This document shows positions 56,902 through 64,000 of a stretch of 64,000 nt of DNA, in pieces. The stretch spans positions 736,001 to 800,000 of the forward strand of contig OZ240215.1 in the NCBI GenBank assembly GCA_965197585.1, read 5' to 3'. How positions within the stretch are numbered: position 1 is the stretch's first letter; each line of letters begins with the position of its first letter. The position numbers and the translations under genes are program-made. Source of the DNA: Dehalococcoidia bacterium. GTDB lineage: Bacteria; Chloroflexota; Dehalococcoidia; Plut-88900. Below the pieces are notes generated by a model, which saw only the letters and a list, made by a program, of their open reading frames with translations, ran no database searches and had not been told where the DNA came from.

Positions 56902-57104
56902 CTCAGGGCCTCCGCCATGCGGCCCGTGGCCGCGGCGTAGTCCTGCGCCTGGACACAGGCCATCTCCACGTCTGCCTGCCGTGCGGCCGCGGCGTCCAGG
57001 TCGAGGGAGCCGTCGGGCCGTGTGAGCTCCGCCGTGAGCTCAAGGATCTTCAGGTCTGCCGGCGGCGTTGCCGCCAGCAGACCCGCGAACGTCCGGTTGT
57101 CCAT
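56874..57104 (-). CDS. small hypothetical protein
   Basis: AAGGAG RBS, inside operon. Confidence 0.55.
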   Translation of the reverse strand: MDNRTFAGLLAATPPADLKILELTAELTRPDGSLDLDAAAARQADVEMACVQAQDYAAATGRMAEALRCMLRPRRY

Positions 57105-57117
57105 GGGGCTCTCTCCT

Positions 57118-57324
57118 TCAGTTTCGGGCGCAGGTGGAGGCGCCCTTGGTGCCCACCCGCCGCTGGAACTCGTAAATGGTGTCTTCTCCCCTCTTGGTCT
57201 CCTTCACCGAGGCGTTGGCTATCTCCCCGTAGAAGTCGCTCAGGGTTGCTTTCACCTGCTCGACGCTCATCTCGGGGTCCGGGTCGGGGAACTCGCGGTT
57301 GTCGTATACGAAGATTCTTGCCAT
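57118..57324 (-). CDS. ubiquitin-like PRTRC protein C
   Basis: RIFVY...PDPDP.MSVEQVK...EIANA...VGTKG; AAAGGAG RBS. Confidence 0.85.
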   Translation of the reverse strand: MARIFVYDNREFPDPDPEMSVEQVKATLSDFYGEIANASVKETKRGEDTIYEFQRRVGTKGASTCARN

Positions 57325-57418
57325 CGTATTTCTCCTTTGTGACGGTTCTGTCTTGCTGCTTTGCCGTGTGCGGGGAGGCCGCCGTTCCATAGGCGGCCTT
57401 CCCCCGTGCATCTGCGGT

Positions 57419-59791
57419 CTAGCGCCCGGCGCCGACCGGCTCTTTCTCGCGCTGCTCTTCCTGCGTCATTGCCCACTCGAACATCGATAGAGTCGCGGAC
57501 TGGGGTTTGCTCTTGCGGCCCCTGGAACCGACAGGTTCCTCGACTAGGAACTCCGCCCAGGAGAACAGTGATTGCTGCGGCTCCGGCGCCTTGCTGTCGT
57601 GATGGCCGTTGCCGTTGGCGCCATTGCCGTTTGCGGGTGCGTGTCGGTTGGCCGGGAACAAATCCACCGTCGGCCCGATGCCCTCGATGGCGTCGTGGTG
57701 ACCGTTGGCGTGCTTACCGTTCCCGTTGGCCGTGACGGCCTCCGGCTCGATCACGACGGCCTTCCAGCCGTCGTCCACCAGGTATTCCTCGGCGGTGGTC
57801 TCGGCGTCCCTGGCCCGGGAGAAGACCTCCTCCACCGTCTCTGCCTCGGCGTCGTCGCCGCTCACGATTCTGCGGGCCAGGGCCATCATCAGGTCGTCGC
57901 CGTCGTCGCCGTAGGCGGCAAGGCCGTCCTCGGGCAGCTCTCCCTCCACCGCAAGCGATGATTGGAGCTTCTTCGCCACCAGCTTCAGGGCGTCGGCCTG
58001 CAGCGTGTTCCGGTAGGACATGAACACCACCTTCACGGGGCGGGTCTGCCCGATGCGCCACGACCGGCGGGACGCCTGCCGCATGACGTAGACCGAGTAG
58101 TCGGTCTCGTACCAGCAGATGGTGGGGAAGTCGATGAGGTCGAGGCCGGTCTGCACCAGCCTGGGGTGGCAGATCATCACGTCGATGCCTTGCTTCACCT
58201 TTTCCGCCACCCACGCCTCCCTGCGGTCCGGGGCCACGGCGTCGGCCTTCATCACGGCTACCCGGAACCCGTGCCGGGTGAGGATGTCTTCCATCCGCCC
58301 GGTGATGTCCCTTGTGCCCGTGTGGGTCGCGTAGACCAGCACCCTGCGGCCCTCCAGCCGCTCGGCGGCCACCAGGTCGACCAGCGCCTTCTCCTTGGGG
58401 TAGAGCCTCTCCTCGGTGAGGGGCGGCACCTGGACCAGGGGGTTGCCGGTCTGGGGGTCGAAGACCGTCTCCCCCCTGGTGCAGCCGTCGGGGTAGGCCA
58501 GCAGGGTCTGCAGGTATGTGGCCAGCAGTTTCTTGGATCCCTTCTTGAGCGCATCGGCCAGGGCCTTGCGGAGCTTCTCGAACACGGCGTTGTAGGCGCT
58601 GCGCTGGGAGTAGCCCGTGGAGTCCTCCTCGGAGTCCATGGAGGAGAGGAGGATCTGCTCGTCGTAGACGGGCAGCCCCGATGCCACGTCGGAGAGCCGT
58701 AGGAAGACCGAGTTGCCTATGAGGTGGAAGAGGGCGGCAGGAGCAAGGCCGGGCCTCTCCCTGGTCACCTTGCGGTAACTCTTCCTCCTGCTGAACCTGC
58801 CGTCCTCCGTGGAGTCGTCGTCGGGCTTCCCCATGGAGTGTTCGAGGAACCCGTACCGCTGTATCCACCTTCCCTCCTCGGAGCGGCCGAACTCCGTCCT
58901 GATCTCCGGGGAGAACCTGTAGAGCAGGTGGAAGATGGTTGAGGAGTAGCCGCCGAGCAGCGTGCCCGTCAGGCTGAGGGACTTGCCGCAGGCGTCGGCC
59001 AGGACCCCGGCGGCGATGCCCTGGGCCGATCCCCTTCCCTTGTACTCGTGAATCTCGTCCCCGATCAGCAGGTCGAAGAAGCCCCTCATCCTGTGTTTCA
59101 CGTAGTCCGACAGGGGGTAGCGCCTGGGACCCGAGTGATCGGCCTGCCAGAGGGGAGAGCCGCAGTGGTCGCAGGTGTGCTTACGGCGGCTCAGCCCTGC
59201 GTCGGTGAGGGGAACGCCGTCCCTGTCCACGATCTGCGCGGCACAGCCGGGGCAGCAGGGGACCCGGAAGGGCTCACCCGTCTCCTCGTCCCGCACCAAC
59301 CTTCCCGCCGCCGCGGCCCACCGCCGGACGGCGGCGGCCTTCCACCGGTACGAGAGCTTGGCCCGCTCCCTGGACATGACGGCGAACAGCGGGCCGATGC
59401 CGGCGGAGAGGCGGAGCCGCTCAAGGTCGGTGATGGAGGTGACGATGGCCGCCCGGGCGAAGGGAACGGTCTGCTCCACCTCCCTTTTCCACTTTTTGGT
59501 CAGGTGGGGCGGGCAGAGGATCAGTATCCTCCTGAACCCCGCCATGTGGGCGGCCGCAGCCCCGATGAACGTCTTTCCCGTGCCCATCTCCCCGACCACG
59601 GTGGTGCCCCGGTGGGTCCTGAGGGACAGGGCCGCGCCCCGGATGGCGTCCTCCTGGGCGCCCAGGGGCGTGCGGAGCAGGTGGGGCAGCTTTCGCCCGT
59701 TCTCCGAGGGACGGTAGAGGGGTGGGTAGGACTCCACCACCCTCTGGGCGATGGCCTCCCTGTAGCTGTCTATGAACTCTCCAAGGTTCAT
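57419..59791 (-). CDS. SF2 helicase (SNF2/DEAD-like) of ICE backbone
   Basis: GEMGTGKT, DEIH, LTGT, VQTGLDL, QASRRSWRIGQ; internal Zn ribbon. Confidence 0.85.
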   Translation of the reverse strand: MNLGEFIDSYREAIAQRVVESYPPLYRPSENGRKLPHLLRTPLGAQEDAIRGAALSLRTHRGTTVVGEMGTGKTFIGAAAAHMAGFRRILILCPPHLTKKWKREVEQTVPFARAAIVTSITDLERLRLSAGIGPLFAVMSRERAKLSYRWKAAAVRRWAAAAGRLVRDEETGEPFRVPCCPGCAAQIVDRDGVPLTDAGLSRRKHTCDHCGSPLWQADHSGPRRYPLSDYVKHRMRGFFDLLIGDEIHEYKGRGSAQGIAAGVLADACGKSLSLTGTLLGGYSSTIFHLLYRFSPEIRTEFGRSEEGRWIQRYGFLEHSMGKPDDDSTEDGRFSRRKSYRKVTRERPGLAPAALFHLIGNSVFLRLSDVASGLPVYDEQILLSSMDSEEDSTGYSQRSAYNAVFEKLRKALADALKKGSKKLLATYLQTLLAYPDGCTRGETVFDPQTGNPLVQVPPLTEERLYPKEKALVDLVAAERLEGRRVLVYATHTGTRDITGRMEDILTRHGFRVAVMKADAVAPDRREAWVAEKVKQGIDVMICHPRLVQTGLDLIDFPTICWYETDYSVYVMRQASRRSWRIGQTRPVKVVFMSYRNTLQADALKLVAKKLQSSLAVEGELPEDGLAAYGDDGDDLMMALARRIVSGDDAEAETVEEVFSRARDAETTAEEYLVDDGWKAVVIEPEAVTANGNGKHANGHHDAIEGIGPTVDLFPANRHAPANGNGANGNGHHDSKAPEPQQSLFSWAEFLVEEPVGSRGRKSKPQSATLSMFEWAMTQEEQREKEPVGAGR

Positions 59792-60068
59792 GGGGCGTCT
59801 CCTTTCTTGAGAGCACCCCACGGAACCTCAGAGCGTCCGCCTCCCAACGTCGGGCGCACGTGGCCCATTGACGCAAGGCGCACCTCGCCCACTACTTCCC
59901 CAGGGGGACGAGTTTGTGAGAGGGTGCCTGGGCGGAAAGCCCTGGGGAGTGCCGTGAGGCACCCTTCGCTGTCTGCGTTCTCCTGGATGTTGCATTTCCA
60001 AAGCTGCGAAGCCCTGTCCTTCGATAGAGCAGGGCGGGGCCTGGTTTGCGGCTCTCGGTGCGAGTGGT

Positions 60069-60263
60069 CTATGCGGCGTTCGGGAATTCCTCCCGCCGCC
60101 CTGCCTCGTCGTAGCAGCGGCCCCGCAGGTGGTAGGACTTCACCCGGGAGGAGACCGCCCGTCCGCCGATGATGTCCACCGAGGCGGTCTGTATGGCGGG
60201 TTCGCCGGGGGCGATGGGCTGCCCACACCGGCCGCAGGCGTCGAGGGTCATGGTCGACTGCAT
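60069..60263 (-). CDS. small Cys/His protein
   Basis: CGRC...H...C; RBS-like GAGGCAGG upstream. Confidence 0.45.
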   Translation of the reverse strand: MQSTMTLDACGRCGQPIAPGEPAIQTASVDIIGGRAVSSRVKSYHLRGRCYDEAGRREEFPNAA

Positions 60264-60378
60264 CTTCCTGCCTCTCTTTCATCAGTAGGGTCTTGTGTCC
60301 AAACAAAGCGAGGCCCCGCGGTTCCCGGTGGAGGGATGGCGGGGCCTTCGTGGTGCGGCTCGGATGGGGGGAGCCGTC

Positions 60379-61419
60379 TTATGCTGCGATGTCGGCTATC
60401 TCGCCGTCATCCAGGTCAAGGGCCGTAACGGTGGTTGTAAGCCTCTCCCGGTAGACCTCTTTTTGAGGGGTGTCCTCCACCAGGACCGTGTCCTTGGAGG
60501 TGCGGCCCTTGACCAGGATGCGCCTGCCGTCGGCCTCCAGCACCAAGTTGTCCAGGAACCCCGCCGCCACCAGCATGGCCATGTGGCCCCGCCGCAGGGG
60601 CATGAGGGGCCGGGTGCGGCTGTCCCCGGCGGGCCACAGGACGTCGGTTACTGCTGGGCTGGCCCACAGCCCCGATGTTCGGGCCTCCCTGGCCGCCGCC
60701 ACCGGGTCCACCGTGCGGGTGGCGAACAGGATGTCGCCAGCGGGGGTAATGGTGGGGGAGTAGACCGGGTAGTCGTGGGGGTAGAGCTCCTCGGGCTCTC
60801 CATATGCCCACTCCCTCACCCGGTTCTCTGCATAGGAGTTGGGGGATGGCTCCGACTTCCGGTACCCCATGAGCACCACCTGGTCGAAGGCTTCCCTCTC
60901 GGGCCTGGGGAAGGCCCAGCAGCGGAGCGTTGCGTAGTGGGTGGCCAGATAGCGGGCAGAGACGGCCAGCCGGGCCCTGGGGACGATGAAGACCAGCAGG
61001 CCGTCCCCGGCCAGGTAGCGGGTGCAGTGGGTGAGGAAGCGGTGCTCCACCCTCTTCTCGTTCCCAGCATCCCAGTCGTAGGGGGGGTTGAGGTATAGGA
61101 GGCCGAAGGCGCCGTTGGCCATGGAGGTGCCGAAGAGGTCGGAGGCCAGGGCATGGTCTAGCCAGACCTTGGCCTCTTCGGCCCGCTCCTTGTGCAGCTC
61201 CACGCCGAAGGTCTCGACGGGCACGGCGTTGGGCCTGCCCAGGCGCCCGGCCAACTGCGCCACGGCCTCACCGGCCCCGCAGCAGGGGTCGAGGATGCGC
61301 AGCGTATTCCCCCTGCTGTAGTAGGACAACCTCGGGGTCTCTATCAGGGTTGCCATCAACTCCACAACCCGGTCGGGAGTGGGGTAAAAGCCCCCTTTGG
61401 CCTGTGCTGCAAGTCTCAT
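60379..61419 (-). CDS. amino-methyltransferase (DUF6094-like)
   Basis: GFYPTP, LDPCCGAGEA (motif I), LNPPY (motif IV). Confidence 0.85.
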   Translation of the reverse strand: MRLAAQAKGGFYPTPDRVVELMATLIETPRLSYYSRGNTLRILDPCCGAGEAVAQLAGRLGRPNAVPVETFGVELHKERAEEAKVWLDHALASDLFGTSMANGAFGLLYLNPPYDWDAGNEKRVEHRFLTHCTRYLAGDGLLVFIVPRARLAVSARYLATHYATLRCWAFPRPEREAFDQVVLMGYRKSEPSPNSYAENRVREWAYGEPEELYPHDYPVYSPTITPAGDILFATRTVDPVAAAREARTSGLWASPAVTDVLWPAGDSRTRPLMPLRRGHMAMLVAAGFLDNLVLEADGRRILVKGRTSKDTVLVEDTPQKEVYRERLTTTVTALDLDDGEIADIAA

Positions 61420-61811
61420 GTCGTATCTCCTTTCGCTATCGTGTCGATGCCCCGCACCTCGCCCGTGGCCAGGGTGGCTTGGAAGCAGAGTTCCTCGTCT
61501 ATCCTCTTGCCCTCGGCGCCGACGGTGCAGAGAGCCGTGACTATCGCTGTTTCCGGCGCAGCGACGACCCGCCGGACCAGCGTAGAGCCACCCTGGGGCA
61601 GGTCATACCTGTAGAGTGGAACCGTCCGGTCTCTGACGTCCTCCTCCGTCGCTTTCTCGTAGAAGTGGGGTTGACCGAACTGGCAGACGTGACTGGAGGG
61701 GCCGTGCAGACAGAGAGGGCAGGCCTCGCCGTCCAGGCAGTAGTGCCGCCAGGCCCTGTTATCCTCATCGCTCCACTGCTCGGCGGTCTTGAGGAATCTA
61801 TCCATCGTCAC
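61416..61811 (-). CDS. hypothetical protein, Cys/His-rich
   Basis: CPLCLHG..HVC; overlaps neighbours. Confidence 0.55.
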   Translation of the reverse strand: MTMDRFLKTAEQWSDEDNRAWRHYCLDGEACPLCLHGPSSHVCQFGQPHFYEKATEEDVRDRTVPLYRYDLPQGGSTLVRRVVAAPETAIVTALCTVGAEGKRIDEELCFQATLATGEVRGIDTIAKGDTT

Positions 61812-62436
61812 CCTCCTCCTTCAGGGTGAGAGTGCCCAGGGCCACGGCGTCCGACAGGTCGTCCCTGAGCTTCTCCGAGTCGGGCGAGCAGACCCAGGCC
61901 CATATCCCGGAGGACTGGAGGGGTGCGATTTCCCCGTTGCGCAGGCCCCGGCGCCAGAGCCAGGGGGCCCAGGAGCGGTGCAGCGGCAGGGGGCTGCGCC
62001 GGTCGAGGAACCGGTGGTGGAGGGCCGGGGCTTCCTCCTTCGAGCGAGCCAACAGCAGGAAATCCTCCCTCTCGAAGGCGAACTCCGCCAGGCGGGTGTA
62101 GACCATCGCGTGCCAGCCGCCGGTGGTGTGGAGACGGGATATCTTCGTGGTCCAGGTTCCGATGGTCTGGTGGGGTATCGAGCAGCGCAGGAAGCCCCCG
62201 GTGAGCTCTCCCCCGTCGGCGCCCCGTATCAGGTGGGCCGCCTCGGGGGGCTGCTTCAGCAGGGATGCCCATATGGCCTTGAGGGCAGTCTGGGGCCCGA
62301 CCATGGAGAGGAACCACAGCTCTTGTGAGTCGGGGTCCCGGGCGAAGGCGTCGGAGGTGGCGGAGAACCCCGCGGCACTCACGGTGTAGAGGTCCTGGGC
62401 ATTCATGGGCTCGGTTGCGGTTTGGGTTGCGGCCAT
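61798..62436 (-). CDS. conserved-looking ICE hypothetical protein
   Basis: LWFLSMVGPQTA and PLPLH.SWAPWLW; AAAGGAGG RBS. Confidence 0.6.
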   Translation of the reverse strand: MAATQTATEPMNAQDLYTVSAAGFSATSDAFARDPDSQELWFLSMVGPQTALKAIWASLLKQPPEAAHLIRGADGGELTGGFLRCSIPHQTIGTWTTKISRLHTTGGWHAMVYTRLAEFAFEREDFLLLARSKEEAPALHHRFLDRRSPLPLHRSWAPWLWRRGLRNGEIAPLQSSGIWAWVCSPDSEKLRDDLSDAVALGTLTLKEEGDDG

Positions 62437-62475
62437 GTCGGCCTCCTTTCTGATGATGGAGGGGTGCGGCGAGAG

Positions 62476-62988
62476 TCATAGGGCCGGAAAACAGCCCAAC
62501 TCCTTGAGGCTGGCGAACCCCTCGTGGCCTATTACCACGTGGTCCAGCAGGTCGATGTCCAGCATCTTCGCCGCCCGGTAGAGGTCGCCGGTGAGGGCCC
62601 TGTCCTGGGAGCTGGGAGTGGGATCGCCGCTGGGGTGGTTATGAACCAGGATGAAGTGGGGAGCGGACTCGGCCACGGCGGGGCGCAGCACCTCGGCGGG
62701 CCTCACCACCACCGAGTTCACGTTCCCCTGGTAGACCACCCTCTGTCCCACGACCCGGTTCTTGACGTCGAGGAGGAGCACCCTGAGCTGCTCCTGGGCC
62801 AGGGGCGTCATCTCAGGTCCAAGGAGCCGGTGCACGTCCCCGGGGCAGTTGATGGATGGAGCGTCGTCATTGTGCGGGGGCCTGGTCTCGACCTGGTAGC
62901 GGACGGCCAGCTCGGAGAGGATGCCCAGGTTGCTCCTCAGGGCCGCCAGCAGGACGTCGTTCTCGGTGGATGCTTTGCGTTGTTTCAT
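62476..62988 (-). CDS. radC: RadC-like JAB-domain protein
   Basis: QEQLRVLLLD, HNHPSGDPTPS..D, LLDHVVIG. Confidence 0.9.
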   Translation of the reverse strand: MKQRKASTENDVLLAALRSNLGILSELAVRYQVETRPPHNDDAPSINCPGDVHRLLGPEMTPLAQEQLRVLLLDVKNRVVGQRVVYQGNVNSVVVRPAEVLRPAVAESAPHFILVHNHPSGDPTPSSQDRALTGDLYRAAKMLDIDLLDHVVIGHEGFASLKELGCFPAL

Positions 62989-63112
62989 TTTGGTTCTCCT
63001 GTAGGGTTGATGGGGCCGGGAACAGCAACGGGGCCGCTCTCCTGCGTGGAGAGCGGCCCCGTCATGCACCCGCTTCAGACGGGTGTCATCGTGCGGCTGA
63101 AAGTTGCATCGG

Positions 63113-63475
63113 CTAGAAGGGCAACTCCTCGTCGCCCTTGTCCTTTGACCCGTTGTGGGAGTCGAGGAAGACGACCTCCCGGGCGTGTACCTCGGTGCGG
63201 CGGCGCCGCTGCCCGTCTTCGGTTTCCCAGCAGTTCTGCACCAGGCGGCCCGCCACGTAGATGCGGTTGCCCTTCTCCACGTACTCGTTCACCGCTTCGG
63301 CCTGACGACCCCAGCAGACCACGTCGTGCCAGTCGGTTTCGCTGTTCCCGTCCTGCTTGCGCCGGTCTGTGGCCAGGTTGATCCGGGTTATGGCGGTGCC
63401 GCCTGGGGTGTAGCGCATCTCCGGCTGGGCGCCGACGCGTCCCAGCAGCTCCACTTTGTTCACTGTCCTGCTCAT
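63113..63475 (-). CDS. ssb: single-stranded DNA-binding protein
   Basis: VNKVELLG, TDWH.VVCWG, KGNRIYVAG, acidic tail EELPF. Confidence 0.92.
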   Translation of the reverse strand: MSRTVNKVELLGRVGAQPEMRYTPGGTAITRINLATDRRKQDGNSETDWHDVVCWGRQAEAVNEYVEKGNRIYVAGRLVQNCWETEDGQRRRRTEVHAREVVFLDSHNGSKDKGDEELPF

Positions 63476-63597
63476 CTCGGTCCTCCTTGTCGTAAAGGGG
63501 GGTTCGAGCTGAGCTCGAACCCGGCGTGGAACACGGCGAGGCCGTCCTTCCCATAGGGGAAGAGACGGCCCCGTGGTGCGCTCCCCTGGGGGAGCGT

Positions 63598-64000
63598 CTA
63601 TGCGACCCGAACGAACTCGGCGTCGTGCTCGGCCACGGAGGGCCGTACCACGCTTACGGGTAGCGTCTTCTCCATCGCTTGGACATCCTCCTTCACAAAA
63701 CCCTTGAGGATGTGGGCGATGCCGTCTCCCAGGCCCTGGACGAATACCGATCTGCCGCCGGGCAGCCGGTTCAGCCGGGGCTCCATGCCGCCGACGCCCC
63801 GGCACTGGTCGACCACGTCCTCGATGGGTGTGCCCCGCCGCAGGTGCAGCGATATGAGCCTGCAGGCAAGCTCCGTCACCCCCTGTTCGAAGGCGCCGGA
63901 CTTGCCCATCCTGCCGAAGACCTCGAAGGGATCGCCGCCGCCGTCCAGGGCCACGGTCAGGTAGAGGTCTCCGTGGGAGGTGGCCAGCGCCGTGGTGCTG
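63598..64000 (-). CDS. TSCPD-domain protein (class II RNR C-terminal-like), 5' part outside window
   Basis: GDLYLTV...PFEVF...GKSG...RLISL.LR.G...GDGIA. Confidence 0.7.
   Translation of the reverse strand, partial: STTALATSHGDLYLTVALDGGGDPFEVFGRMGKSGAFEQGVTELACRLISLHLRRGTPIEDVVDQCRGVGGMEPRLNRLPGGRSVFVQGLGDGIAHILKGFVKEDVQAMEKTLPVSVVRPSVAEHDAEFVRVA

Larger units (their letters stand above)
26174..64000. mobile_element. tRNA-Ser-integrated ICE-like genomic island (right end outside window)
   Basis: att fragment, defence cargo, dnaE2 cassette, PRTRC, helicase, MTase, RadC and SSB backbone; no integrase or conjugation genes inside the window. Confidence 0.8.

Noticed and set aside
59850-59890. 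MOBQ-like oriT nick motif (GTGCGCC twice on minus strand)
   Set aside because: Match too short and no relaxase in the window.

Overview
Bacterial chromosomal window. Gene style (GAAC-N4-GTTC LexA box, PurN type, tandem crotonases, Ig-repeat surface protein) suggests Chloroflexota/Dehalococcoidia-like, which is an inference only. Bases 1-26150 are ordinary core genes: acpS, nnr, a VapBC-like pair, coaX, coaBC, MFS, metF, folD, an RpoD-family sigma, aspS, tig-clpP-clpX, two enoyl-CoA hydratases, purN, efp, a Xaa-Pro peptidase, aroQ, xerC, topA and dprA. A 21-bp 3' fragment of tRNA-Ser at 26174-26194 marks the att boundary of a large integrative element that runs off the right edge. The element carries, left to right: (i) a visibly lower-GC defence island with a CdnE-Cap15 CBASS, a split nuclease-like gene, and SIR2, HEPN-like and PD-(D/E)xK proteins; (ii) a LexA-boxed imuB-dnaE2-SRAP cassette; (iii) two Cre-like tyrosine recombinases; (iv) a 1729-aa Ig-repeat/FN3/sulfatase surface protein; (v) a GC-rich ICE-type backbone with a PRTRC ubiquitin-like cassette, helicase, methyltransferase, RadC, SSB and a TSCPD protein. 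The most striking observation is that the intact Cre-like gene is bracketed by two 34-bp loxP-architecture sites (13-8-13, TATA-N8-TATA) whose spacers are inverted. The segment also contains an outward-facing promoter aimed at the surface-protein gene, making it a candidate natural Cre/lox phase-variation switch.
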